From the IMG/VR virus record IMGVR_UViG_3300036781_000275, positions 1 through 64,000 of that record: 64,000 nt of DNA; one strand, written 5' to 3'. The notes below the pieces were generated by a model. The model made no database searches. It was not told the DNA's origin and saw nothing but the letters and a program-made list of their open reading frames with translations. Below, piece after piece: positions 19,337 to 27,702 of this stretch. The position numbers and the translations under genes are program-made. How positions within the stretch are numbered: position 1 is the first letter of the stretch; the number at the start of each line of letters is the position of its first letter. The DNA is from a virus.

Positions 19337-20386
19337 TTACTCCTCTTCGTCCCCGTCCGGTTCCTCCTCCTCGTCTTCATCGTCGCTCGGCTCAACTGGC
19401 GGCTCCTCATCGATGAGCGCCGCAAGGTTGCCCGCGAAATCGTCGGGCATCTCTTTGCGCAGATCCTGCGCGACGGTCGTGTACGCATCGCTCACCAGCC
19501 CCAGCTCGGTGCGCGCCTCCTGCTCTGCGCGCAACACGCTGTTCCATGCGTCGACGTCCAGCTCTTTCATGACCTCGCGTTCCACGAGATCCGCGAGCAC
19601 GGTCGGATCGAGCGCGTCCAGCTCCCACGATTCGTCGCCGTACTTGAACTGGTAATCGTTGAACCGGCTGTCGGTTTCCTTCGCCGGGTTCGGCGGCGGC
19701 TTGTACCGATCTATCTGCGGCATGTTGAGCGCGAGCCGCCGCACCTCGACGCTGCGCGCGCCGAATAGCACGAGGCGATCACGAATGTCGCGCGTCATGT
19801 CGATCCCGCTCGGATCGTGATCGCCGAAATGCAGGATCAAAATGTCACGGCCCGGATTGATGCGCCCGACACCCTTCGGCTTGGTGCCGACGCTCACGTG
19901 CCTCAGTCGCTGCGCTGCGCCCCAGATTTCGGAATCGCTCGTGTAGCCGCGGCACGAGAAGAACGGCAACCGCCATTTGTGCGCGACGCGTTCGAACACG
20001 CCCATCAGTGCGTCTTTCTCGAACCACACTTCGATGTACGTGGGCTGCGTCAGCCACCGATCAAAGCGGAATTGTTCGGCGACGGCCTGCACGATGTCGG
20101 CCGGCGATTCCCACTTCGACAGATCCTGAAGGTTGCGTGTGCGATCGACAATCGCGCTCCAGTCAATCAGGCCAGCGCGCCGGCCCTTGCTGACGATGTT
20201 GCCGAGCCGGTTGTATTCGCGCGCCGTGTTCGGGATGTAATCACGGCTCACGAATTGGTAATAGAGCTGGCGCAGCGTGAGCGTGTAGCCGAGCGCTGCG
20301 TACTCGTCGATGATCTGGTTCGCCTGTACGATCACCGCGAGTGTGGCGTCCTTCATGCCGACGACTTCGTACGCAATCTTCGGCAT
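19337..20386 (-). CDS. topoisomerase VI-A/Spo11-like winged-helix plus TOPRIM protein
   Basis: TLRQLYYQ, EVWFEKDAL, RGYTS, GDHDPSG, WELDAL motifs; acidic tail. Confidence 0.8.
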   Translation of the reverse strand: MPKIAYEVVGMKDATLAVIVQANQIIDEYAALGYTLTLRQLYYQFVSRDYIPNTAREYNRLGNIVSKGRRAGLIDWSAIVDRTRNLQDLSKWESPADIVQAVAEQFRFDRWLTQPTYIEVWFEKDALMGVFERVAHKWRLPFFSCRGYTSDSEIWGAAQRLRHVSVGTKPKGVGRINPGRDILILHFGDHDPSGIDMTRDIRDRLVLFGARSVEVRRLALNMPQIDRYKPPPNPAKETDSRFNDYQFKYGDESWELDALDPTVLADLVEREVMKELDVDAWNSVLRAEQEARTELGLVSDAYTTVAQDLRKEMPDDFAGNLAALIDEEPPVEPSDDEDEEEEPDGDEEE

Positions 20387-20387
20387 G

Positions 20388-21029
20388 CTATTTCGCGTCG
20401 CCGCTCACGCAAAACTGATCCAGCCATGCGTGTACATCCGCCAAGGTGCGTTGATCCGCGTCATTCCATCCTCGCACAACGGACACCATCTCCTCTGTGC
20501 CACCAACTTCCAGCACCGCGCCGGCGAGACAGAAGCAATCGCCTTTGTCTGGCAGCACTTTCTTGTCAGCGCCCTTGATCCAATGTTCGGGGTCAAGCAA
20601 CGCTTTCGCTTTTGTTGCGATTTCGCACGTGGGTTGCGCATAAGGCTTCGGCGCGGCAATGAGACCGCCACCGTGCCAGTCGCCACCGTGCCAGTCGCCA
20701 CCGCGCCAGACGCCACCGCGCCAGTCGCCACCGCGCCAGACGCCACCGCGCCAGTCGCCACCGTGCCAGTCGCCACCGCGCCAGACGCCACCGCGCCAGT
20801 CGCCACCGCGCCAGACGCCACCGCGCCAGTCGCCACCGCGCCAGACGCCACCGCGCCAGTCGCCACCGTGCCAGACGCCACCGTGCCAGACGCCACCGCG
20901 CCAGACGCCACCGTGCCAGTCGCCACCGCGCCAGACAACGCGGCCTCGCGCGTCGATCTCTATGTCGGCGTTTTCGGTAATCGCGCGCACCAGCCATGCG
21001 GGCGCGTTTGAGAGTTCGGAAATTTTCAT
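20388..21029 (-). CDS. (D/V)W(R/H)GG pentapeptide-repeat protein with DUF6197-like C-terminus
   Basis: 18 pentapeptide units; C-terminal WIKG...CFCLAGA...WND...RT motif. Confidence 0.7.
   Translation of the reverse strand: MKISELSNAPAWLVRAITENADIEIDARGRVVWRGGDWHGGVWRGGVWHGGVWHGGDWRGGVWRGGDWRGGVWRGGDWRGGVWRGGDWHGGDWRGGVWRGGDWRGGVWRGGDWHGGDWHGGGLIAAPKPYAQPTCEIATKAKALLDPEHWIKGADKKVLPDKGDCFCLAGAVLEVGGTEEMVSVVRGWNDADQRTLADVHAWLDQFCVSGDAK
20667..20936. repeat. 15-bp tandem repeat, 18 copies
   Basis: unit GCCACCG(C/T)GCCAG(T/A)C. Confidence 0.95.
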
Positions 21030-21054
21030 TGCCTTAGAGAGAAGAATCTGGTCA

Positions 21055-21408
21055 TCACAAACCGTCCGCTTTGCGCATGAGCGTTTTCGCCTGCTCGATT
21101 GTAAACGCGCCACCCATGCGCCGATGAAACTGCTGCACTGCCGCTGCTTCCGACATATGCCTGAACAGTTTGATTTCCTCGGCGTTTGGAGCTGGCCATT
21201 GTGGCTGTACATCTGGCGCGAGCACGCGCACGCCGCCATCGGTTCTATAGACTTCGACCACGTTGATTGCCGGCGTAATGCCGTTGTCGAATTGGCGCAG
21301 TGAGATTAGCCCGCCAGTGCCATCGGGAAAGCTGAACTGCACGATCCGTTCGCCCGGCGCAGCACATTTCTGCGCGCCGGGCGCTGGTTCCACCTGTGCC
21401 AGCTTCAC
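21055..21408 (-). CDS. hypothetical protein
   Basis: GTG start overlapping the upstream stop; FSFPDGTGGLISLR. Confidence 0.5.
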   Translation of the reverse strand: MKLAQVEPAPGAQKCAAPGERIVQFSFPDGTGGLISLRQFDNGITPAINVVEVYRTDGGVRVLAPDVQPQWPAPNAEEIKLFRHMSEAAAVQQFHRRMGGAFTIEQAKTLMRKADGL

Positions 21409-21668
21409 AGTTCTTCCTCGGTGATTGGCAATGGTTCGCCCGTGTCCTCGTTGACCGCGCTCAGCGTGTACGCGTGCCGGTAGTCGAGGCACCGGCTGAT
21501 CTCGTGCCGCGCCATCGCGAACGCATGCTCGCGATCCTGCTCGGACCACGACGCGCTGACCGGCATGCCGTCCGTCGAGACCCAGCGGCGATGACCGCCG
21601 TTCACGGGATCTCGCTCGATGTGCAGCACGATGCTCGTGCGTTGCGTTTCGGTTTCCGTCATTGCCAC
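21405..21668 (-). CDS. hypothetical early protein
   Basis: first gene after an operator-promoter cassette, RBS GGAGTC. Confidence 0.6.
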   Translation of the reverse strand: MAMTETETQRTSIVLHIERDPVNGGHRRWVSTDGMPVSASWSEQDREHAFAMARHEISRCLDYRHAYTLSAVNEDTGEPLPITEEEL

Positions 21669-21669
21669 A

Positions 21670-21780
21670 TTGACTCCGCATTGGAAGTTGTTTGGTCTGG
21701 CCCTGCCCGATGAGATAAAGCTAACGCCTGTTAGGTGCCTGTCAAGCCCTCACGTAAAACATTGATTTTCCCACAGTTAG
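21670..21780 (-). repeat. ~110-bp promoter cassette repeat, copy 1
   Basis: TTGACA-N16-TAGCTT with CTAAC-N4-GTTAG (21721-21734); closely similar to 36133-36238 and 50684-50790. Confidence 0.85.
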
Positions 21781-23186
21781 AACCGCACACGCACTCGGCC
21801 CCATTTCCCGCGCACCGTATTCAGCCGGTAGCGCCACTCGTCGCCGATATGGTCCTCGTTCTCTGTGTTGACGTCGTTGATCTTGATCAAATCGCGCTGG
21901 AGCGCCGGCACGGTGCGAATGAATTGCGGGCACGTGTTCCAGCAGAAAAACCCCGCCTCTTCCATCGCCGATTTCTTCGCGTCCTTGAAATCGTGCGACG
22001 CCATTAGCATCGATCGGCATTTCTCCCAGCCATTGACGCGATGGTTGTCGGCGTCAATCCAATCAACGCCGCGCTCCTTCATCTGCTTCGCAATCGAGTC
22101 GCCGGTTGTGGCGTCGTGCGTGATCGTCGGATCAGCCGGCCCACCGTACACGGTCACACCGTACTTGTCCTGAATTGTTTTGTCTGCTGCGAGCACCGCC
22201 TCTGCGATCTGGCGGTTTGTCCAGTGCACGCCCTCGTTCGGCTTGCCTGACCACCCGTAAATCTCTGCGATGCGAAACACTGTGCCGGGCGGAAACTTGT
22301 ACATGCGCCCGTCCGCCAGCTCGCACGGCGTGCCGTCGCTCTCCGCGTAGTAGCCCACGCTGAACGGTTTCGCCGAGCCCCAGTCGAACGCACGGTCAAC
22401 GTACCACGCCTTCGGGATCCTGAATGGCTGCATCACGTGCACATCAGCGTTCCACAGATCATCGAAGAATCCGCCGGCCACTATGTCCCACCCACCCTTG
22501 AGCCACGCTTTGCGCCGGTGCGGATCCGTGTCGGCGGCCAAGATGTGCGGATACCGCGGGTCCGCTTTGATCAGCGCTTTGTTCTCGGACCAGTGGCCGC
22601 GCACGCGCACGCGTGTGATGCCGCCTTTGAGCCGGATGATCTTGCCGGCGGGCGCGGGATCGATGACGTACGCCTTCACGACGTGGTGCCCAACACCGAA
22701 CGGGTTCGTGGTCGCGCGGATCCGCCGCGGCACGCCCGGATGCGTCGAGCGACAGCACGTGTTCATCGCCTCATAGCACTGCATGTTCGGCCAGTTCGTT
22801 AGCTCATCCCAGCCGATCCACGGGTACTCGTGCCCGTGATAATTCCAGTAGTCTTTCGGCGATGCCATGTAGCGCAACAACAGCTCTTCGCCCGTTGCGA
22901 ATTTCCAAATGTGGTCGCTGGCGTTGTACTTGGCGTCAGGGAAGCATGCCGAGAACAGACGGATCGATTTCTCGATGACGTCGCTCAGCTCCTTGTAGGT
23001 GCGCCGGAACAGGATGCCGCGCCAGTATCGGCCGTACCCCTGCCCGACCTCGCTCGCGAAGTCCGCGAGCAGCGCGACGGTCTTACCGGGTCCGCGCGTC
23101 CCGTCGTAAATCGTCTCTAGCGCCGGCGATGTCAGGAACACGCGCTGCGAGCCGGGTTGCGCTTCCCACGCGGCGAAATCGATCAC
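21777..23186 (-). CDS. terL: terminase large subunit
   Basis: GTRGPGKT Walker A, IGWDELT Walker B, TTNP, FDWGSAKPF, EDHIGDEWRY nuclease motifs. Confidence 0.93.
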   Translation of the reverse strand: MIDFAAWEAQPGSQRVFLTSPALETIYDGTRGPGKTVALLADFASEVGQGYGRYWRGILFRRTYKELSDVIEKSIRLFSACFPDAKYNASDHIWKFATGEELLLRYMASPKDYWNYHGHEYPWIGWDELTNWPNMQCYEAMNTCCRSTHPGVPRRIRATTNPFGVGHHVVKAYVIDPAPAGKIIRLKGGITRVRVRGHWSENKALIKADPRYPHILAADTDPHRRKAWLKGGWDIVAGGFFDDLWNADVHVMQPFRIPKAWYVDRAFDWGSAKPFSVGYYAESDGTPCELADGRMYKFPPGTVFRIAEIYGWSGKPNEGVHWTNRQIAEAVLAADKTIQDKYGVTVYGGPADPTITHDATTGDSIAKQMKERGVDWIDADNHRVNGWEKCRSMLMASHDFKDAKKSAMEEAGFFCWNTCPQFIRTVPALQRDLIKINDVNTENEDHIGDEWRYRLNTVRGKWGRVRVRF

Positions 23187-23821
23187 CGTTGGTCCTCGGA
23201 TGATTCGTCATCAGCCGCGTCGTCTGTCACAGACGGCAGCGGTCGCATACCGAATTCCAGCGGTTTTGACGGCTCTCCTATCACAATCTGCGTCGGGTCG
23301 TCCTTCGATCTCCGCCGGCCGCGTCGCCATTCGCGGGTCACGTGCAGGTGGCACGGATAGCACAACAGACGCAAATTCGCCGGGCGATCATCACCGCCGT
23401 CTGCTACCGGGATAATGTGGTCACACTGCCACGGTGCTGCTGCGAGTGGGCACGCCGGTCCCTGCTCGCCTCGGTAGATCCGGCGCTTCTCGTTGTCCCA
23501 CGAACTGTGCCAGTCGTACCGCATCCAGCCCGGATGTTCGAGCTTGCATCGACGGCACCGCCTGTCGCGCCGCTTGATCGTCTCCGCGAGCGCCTCCCAC
23601 GACGCCACGCACAGAAATTGGTCGACGCACCCCTCGCCACAGAACGTCGATCGCCGCGGCGCGACTTCACGACCGCACCACCGACACAGCCGGCGGCCGT
23701 GCGCGCCGCGTCCAGCCGGCTGCTGCACGTCGAGCCCGCGCCGCACGCGCCACCGCCCCCATGGCGGGATGATGAGTTTTTTTACGCGATCGTGCGGACT
23801 GCCTTCGGCGAACCCGCTCAT
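23183..23821 (-). CDS. HNH endonuclease with Zn-finger
   Basis: CRWCG...FCGEGC, RD..CRRC, DHIIPVADGG...NLRLLCYPCH. Confidence 0.85.
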   Translation of the reverse strand: MSGFAEGSPHDRVKKLIIPPWGRWRVRRGLDVQQPAGRGAHGRRLCRWCGREVAPRRSTFCGEGCVDQFLCVASWEALAETIKRRDRRCRRCKLEHPGWMRYDWHSSWDNEKRRIYRGEQGPACPLAAAPWQCDHIIPVADGGDDRPANLRLLCYPCHLHVTREWRRGRRRSKDDPTQIVIGEPSKPLEFGMRPLPSVTDDAADDESSEDQR

Positions 23822-24459
23822 CGCGCGGGCTCATCATCGAGCGCGTTCACGGCACGCTCCGCTTCCGCGGCCAGCTCGGCCTGTTGGCGCGTCGATACCT
23901 TCTCCCACTCCGCCTCATCGGTAAGGCGCATCGGCAGCTTGAGCACGCCAGCCTTCGCGCGCTCTTGACTGTCGTCTTTCTCGACACTTGCCGCGGTTTC
24001 CTTCCCGTTCACGTCATGCGCGCGACGTTCGAGATCCGCCGAGAGCTTCGCCATGCGCGTCAAGTCGGTGACGTCTTTGATGTCCTCGGGCTTCATGCTG
24101 GCCAGCTTCTGCACGACCTGTAGCTGCATGGCCTTCGCGATCTTGATGTGTCGCGCCGCCATTTTTTTTCGCTCGGCCACCGCGCTCCGCGTCTCTTCGC
24201 GGGCGAGATGTCGGTCGTATTCAAGCGCCCGGCTTACCCAATCGTTTGCCTGTGACCACTTCTTGAGTTGTGGGACACCATACGGCAACCCCTTTGCAGT
24301 GCGTTTGCCGGCGGCGTTCTCAGCGGCGTAAACGATTGTCGCGGCTTCTCTTACGGTTCGTCGTGCGCCGAGATCGAGATAGACCGTGAACGCCCCGAAC
24401 GACCGCGACGATTCACGGTCGAGCGCATCCCATGGGTTGCGTTCGTCGGCTGCCGGCAT
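23818..24459 (-). CDS. terS: terminase small subunit
   Basis: PWD...ES...AF.VYLDLG.RR...WS...WVSRA.EYD; position upstream of terL. Confidence 0.75.
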   Translation of the reverse strand: MPAADERNPWDALDRESSRSFGAFTVYLDLGARRTVREAATIVYAAENAAGKRTAKGLPYGVPQLKKWSQANDWVSRALEYDRHLAREETRSAVAERKKMAARHIKIAKAMQLQVVQKLASMKPEDIKDVTDLTRMAKLSADLERRAHDVNGKETAASVEKDDSQERAKAGVLKLPMRLTDEAEWEKVSTRQQAELAAEAERAVNALDDEPAR

Positions 24460-24500
24460 GACGGACGTGCGCGCGTGCCCAGCGTCGGGCGAGCGCGGAG

Positions 24501-25292
24501 CTACACGGTGTACGGGAGTACGATCCGCCGGCGGCCCTTATTGAGTACGCGTTTCGTGAGCGGGTTTCCTTTCGGGCTGCCGCGTTGAATGGCTTCGCCG
24601 AAGTGCGCGCGCAGAAACTGGTACGCTTCTTCTTCGGCTGTTGGGTGCCGGAATTCGGCGAGCCCGCCTTGTCCGGTGTAGGTCTCTTTGAATCCGCATG
24701 CGAACCGCTGATCGAGCCAGCAGTACCGGTGCAGTGCCGCGTTGAGCAACGACAGCCAGAAATCGCTCACGGGCAGCGAGCTGTCGGGACAGAAGAGCTT
24801 CGAGCCGGCCGCGATGCCGATGCAGCCGTCGAGCACGTAGCCACCGAACGAGTAGGGTCTGAGCTGGCGGTACGAGGCGGGATTCACGTGGGTGGCGAAG
24901 CCGAACAGATACGTGTTCATCATGACGGCGGTCGCGTAGCAGTTCTGAATGATGTCGTACGCTTCGCGGCCGGTCGTGCGGGTTTTGCGTCTGGCGCGGT
25001 TCGGGGTTTTCGAATCGGGCGCTTTGCCCATGTAGAGCCGGAACAGGCCGATGAAGTCATCATCCACCATGCACACGGGCGCAAAGTTGTTGATGATCCA
25101 CGTGCGTTTTCTGGCGATACCGATGATCGAGTCGGGGTGTGTGACGATTTGATCGGCCGCGTGATGCTTGCGGTACTCGTCGTACTGGGCTTCAGGCACG
25201 CACAGCTTGCCGCCGTCGAGGAATTGCATCGTGGTCACGCGGCCGGCGCGCTTGTGCGACGGGATGATGATCGCGCAGTCGGGGCCGTTCAC
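24501..25292 (-). CDS. GREB1/TET-associated-type glycosyltransferase
   Basis: IIIPSHKRA, VPEAQYDEY, GIARKRTWI, MVDDD, GG.. motifs (GT-A fold); GTGA overlap with the ParB-like gene. Confidence 0.7.
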   Translation of the reverse strand: MNGPDCAIIIPSHKRAGRVTTMQFLDGGKLCVPEAQYDEYRKHHAADQIVTHPDSIIGIARKRTWIINNFAPVCMVDDDFIGLFRLYMGKAPDSKTPNRARRKTRTTGREAYDIIQNCYATAVMMNTYLFGFATHVNPASYRQLRPYSFGGYVLDGCIGIAAGSKLFCPDSSLPVSDFWLSLLNAALHRYCWLDQRFACGFKETYTGQGGLAEFRHPTAEEEAYQFLRAHFGEAIQRGSPKGNPLTKRVLNKGRRRIVLPYTV

Positions 25293-26110
25293 AGGTCGGT
25301 CCCCGTGGCAGCGGGACGCAGCTCTTCGGTGAGCGCGGCGAGATCCTCGGTGACGGCTTGCGCGTGTTCGCTCGGCGTGGGCTCTGCTGGTTTCGCTGAC
25401 GGCGCTGGCGCGGGTTGCGCGCGCTGCACGCATCGTTCGAGCACGTCGTTCGCGAACATGACGGCCGTTTGTCCGAGCGAGCCTTTGCGATCACGCATGA
25501 CCTGCGGGTTCAGGAGCGTCTTCAGTCGTGCCCACTCCATTTCCGTACGACAGACCAAGATGATCGCGTTGTAACCCTCGTCCCAGTTCGGCGCGATCGG
25601 ATACGCGACGGCGCTCGGCTTGTCGTCTTTTTCGGTGGGCACGTCGTCACTGGCTTCGCGGATCGTGAGCGCTTCGGCGAGTTCGGTGAGATTGGCGTCG
25701 CCGGCCATCTGGTCGAGCAACGCGGACAGGGCGAGTTCATCGGTCTCGGCCATTTGCCCGATCGCATCGTGTGACGCGATGACCGCATCGGCCTCGTCGT
25801 CGTTGAGATCGGTGAGCAACACGGGCACGTCGCCGGTCGCGAGTTCCTCGTGCCGCAAGTGCCCGTCGATGATCGTGAGCCCACCGTACCGCGGCGAGTC
25901 GTACACGACGAGCGCTGTCGTGAAGCCGAGCCGGTTTAGCGAGAGACGGAGCGCGCTGCGTTGATCCGCGCCGTGTATGCGCCAGTTCTTCGGGTGTGTG
26001 CGCAGCGTCGCGGCGTCGACGAGGCGCATCGCGGTGATGCGGTTACGGATCCCATTAGCCAAGGCCAAGGGTGTGCTGCTGTTCGCGCTGTTGTTGGCGG
26101 GGCTCGTCAT
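25289..26110 (-). CDS. ParB/Srx N-terminal domain protein
   Basis: LRTHPKNWRIH, SL.RLGF, IIDGHLR, VPV motifs. Confidence 0.75.
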   Translation of the reverse strand: MTSPANNSANSSTPLALANGIRNRITAMRLVDAATLRTHPKNWRIHGADQRSALRLSLNRLGFTTALVVYDSPRYGGLTIIDGHLRHEELATGDVPVLLTDLNDDEADAVIASHDAIGQMAETDELALSALLDQMAGDANLTELAEALTIREASDDVPTEKDDKPSAVAYPIAPNWDEGYNAIILVCRTEMEWARLKTLLNPQVMRDRKGSLGQTAVMFANDVLERCVQRAQPAPAPSAKPAEPTPSEHAQAVTEDLAALTEELRPAATGTDL

Positions 26111-26801
26111 GGACCGGTTCTGCGGGGGAGAGAGGTGGGGGCGCGAACGCTAACTGCCGGGCGTGATCCCAGCCATGGCTTCTGACCATGATGCCGAGCG
26201 CGCGGTGCGTGTCGTAATGCCCGGAGAGCATCGAGGGGCCGCGATTATCGCGACGGCCTTCGAATGTGTGATCATCGATCGCGAAAGCCGGCATGCCTGA
26301 CCATGGCATGAGGCACGGGGCGCGAAAAGCATCGGTCGACGGCTTCATGGTGAGCCAAGTCCAGAAAACGTTTCTGGCGCGCGTGGTCATCCAGAATCCG
26401 TAGCGCTTCGCTTCGGCCATCAGGAATTCAGTTTCCGCGTATTTCGCGGCGCGTGCTTCCTGTTCGAGATCGCAGAAGCGATCCGAGAGCGCGCGGATCC
26501 CGTGGTGTGTGTCGCGCGAGCAGAGCGCGGCGAAGTCTTCCGCCTTCAGCTCAGCGAGCGCCGCGGGGAAGCTGGCGAGCGAGGGGAAGGTGTCTTCGAA
26601 AAGCCCAACAGTGAGCGTGGCAGCAATCGTCGAACGGTTCAGCCGGTGGCGCGCCTGAAGGATTCCTTCAGGCCAGCCGATGCGCAGCGCCTTGACGGCG
26701 AGTGATTTCCATGCTGATTCGCTCCAGCCGTCGATAAATCGGATGGGCTTGGCCGCCTTCGGTGTCTTTGGTTCGGAAGTTCGTAACCGCTTTGTTGGCA
26801 C
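26055..26801 (-). CDS. hypothetical protein, weak resemblance to the MgsA/RarA C-terminal-like helical domain
   Basis: KSLAVKALRIG, ED, AIDDHTFEGR motifs; operator at 26833-26846 upstream. Confidence 0.45.
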   Translation of the reverse strand: MPTKRLRTSEPKTPKAAKPIRFIDGWSESAWKSLAVKALRIGWPEGILQARHRLNRSTIAATLTVGLFEDTFPSLASFPAALAELKAEDFAALCSRDTHHGIRALSDRFCDLEQEARAAKYAETEFLMAEAKRYGFWMTTRARNVFWTWLTMKPSTDAFRAPCLMPWSGMPAFAIDDHTFEGRRDNRGPSMLSGHYDTHRALGIMVRSHGWDHARQLAFAPPPLSPAEPVHDEPRQQQREQQHTLGLG

Positions 26802-27132
26802 TGGTTTAGCTCGTGTGAGAGATGCCCAAAAGCTAACACCCGTTAGGTGCTAGCGCTAGTGCCTCAGCGAGCGGAAATAGGCGTCGTCCGGGTTATCATT
26901 CATGGCCTGTTTGGCCTGTGGCGAGTAGTCTGGCCCACTGGCTCCTGATTGGATCGACTGGGCACGCGTCAGCGGCACTGGGCGGGCTACTAGGACGCAC
27001 GCGCAGCCGTCCCCCATGTCGCAGTCCTTGGGGTCGTTGAGGTACGGGCAGCGGGTCGCGCGGTACATGGGGATCGGTGCGGCTCGTGTGGCTCGGTCGG
27101 TGCGGGTCGTCATGGCGTCCGCCTGTGCTGAC

Positions 27133-27148
27133 TGTTTCACGTGAAACT
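27133..27148. promoter_or_regulatory. parS: parS-like centromere site
   Basis: TGTTTCACGTGAAACT = 15/16 match to consensus TGTTTCACGTGAAACA, at a gene boundary. Confidence 0.7.
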
Positions 27149-27556
27149 ATTCGGGCAGGTCCGCGTCGTCGCGGCCCTCGTACGGCAGTACCCACGCCTG
27201 TTCGAGCTGATCGAGCAACGCGAGCGTTTGCAGCGGTGACAACCGCCGGATCTGCTCTGAGAGCTGGTCACGCAGCGTGGTCAGCGGCTGATCGACGTCG
27301 AGATTGCTCACGTGCGCCCACAACAGCCGCGGATCAATCACGGTTCCCTTCAGGGCCTTCGCGAGAAACTCGACCTCGCCGGCCGTTACGCCGAGCTTGG
27401 TACGCTCCTCGCGCATCGCGGTATACGCGCGCAGCAGATCGTGTTTGATCTTCGACGAGAACGCTGCGCCGCCAGCGACGCGTCGCTCCAGCTCTTCACG
27501 CAACCCGCCGCCCAGATGCACCGACGCGTTATCGCGGAGCTTCGTCTTTTCATCAT
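27147..27556 (-). CDS. putative DNA-binding regulator; apparent 1-nt frameshift after the start
   Basis: RBS GGAGAC and ATG at 27556 are out of frame with the long ORF at the AAAAG run (27547-27550). Confidence 0.45.
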
Positions 27557-27584
27557 GACTGTCTCCGCTGTTCCTCACACGCAC

Positions 27585-27613
27585 ATCGTATCAACATACG
27601 GCGTGGATCGCAA
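27585..27613 (-). promoter_or_regulatory. sigma70-like promoter without the palindromic operator
   Basis: TTGCGA-17 bp-TACGAT. Confidence 0.55.
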
Positions 27614-27637
27614 GGGCCTACGCGGCGCATACGACAA

Positions 27638-27667
27638 CGCCCCCGGATCATCGCGGATCCGGGGGCG
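27638..27667 (-). terminator. GC-rich hairpin, possible terminator
   Basis: CGCCCCCGGATC-loop-GATCCGGGGGCG; weak U-tract. Confidence 0.45.
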
Positions 27668-27702
27668 CATGGTCGGCCGTGCGTACTGCGTCCTACCGCC
27701 GC

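Noticed and set aside
20667-20936. Possible CRISPR array or DGR variable region
   Set aside because: Units are contiguous with no spacers and lie in a coding frame; no cas or reverse transcriptase gene recognised and no TR/VR pair seen.
21746-21761. TCACGTAAAACA in cassette repeats (also ~50760) resembling half a parS
   Set aside because: Left arm does not match; too degenerate to call.
25289-26110. ParB-like gene as cognate partition protein for the parS site
   Set aside because: Only the N-terminal ParB/Srx domain is evident, without an HTH or parA neighbour; context matches DNA-modification operons.
26856-27140. 94-aa ORF starting inside the parS site
   Set aside because: No motif or clear RBS; coding status too uncertain to annotate.
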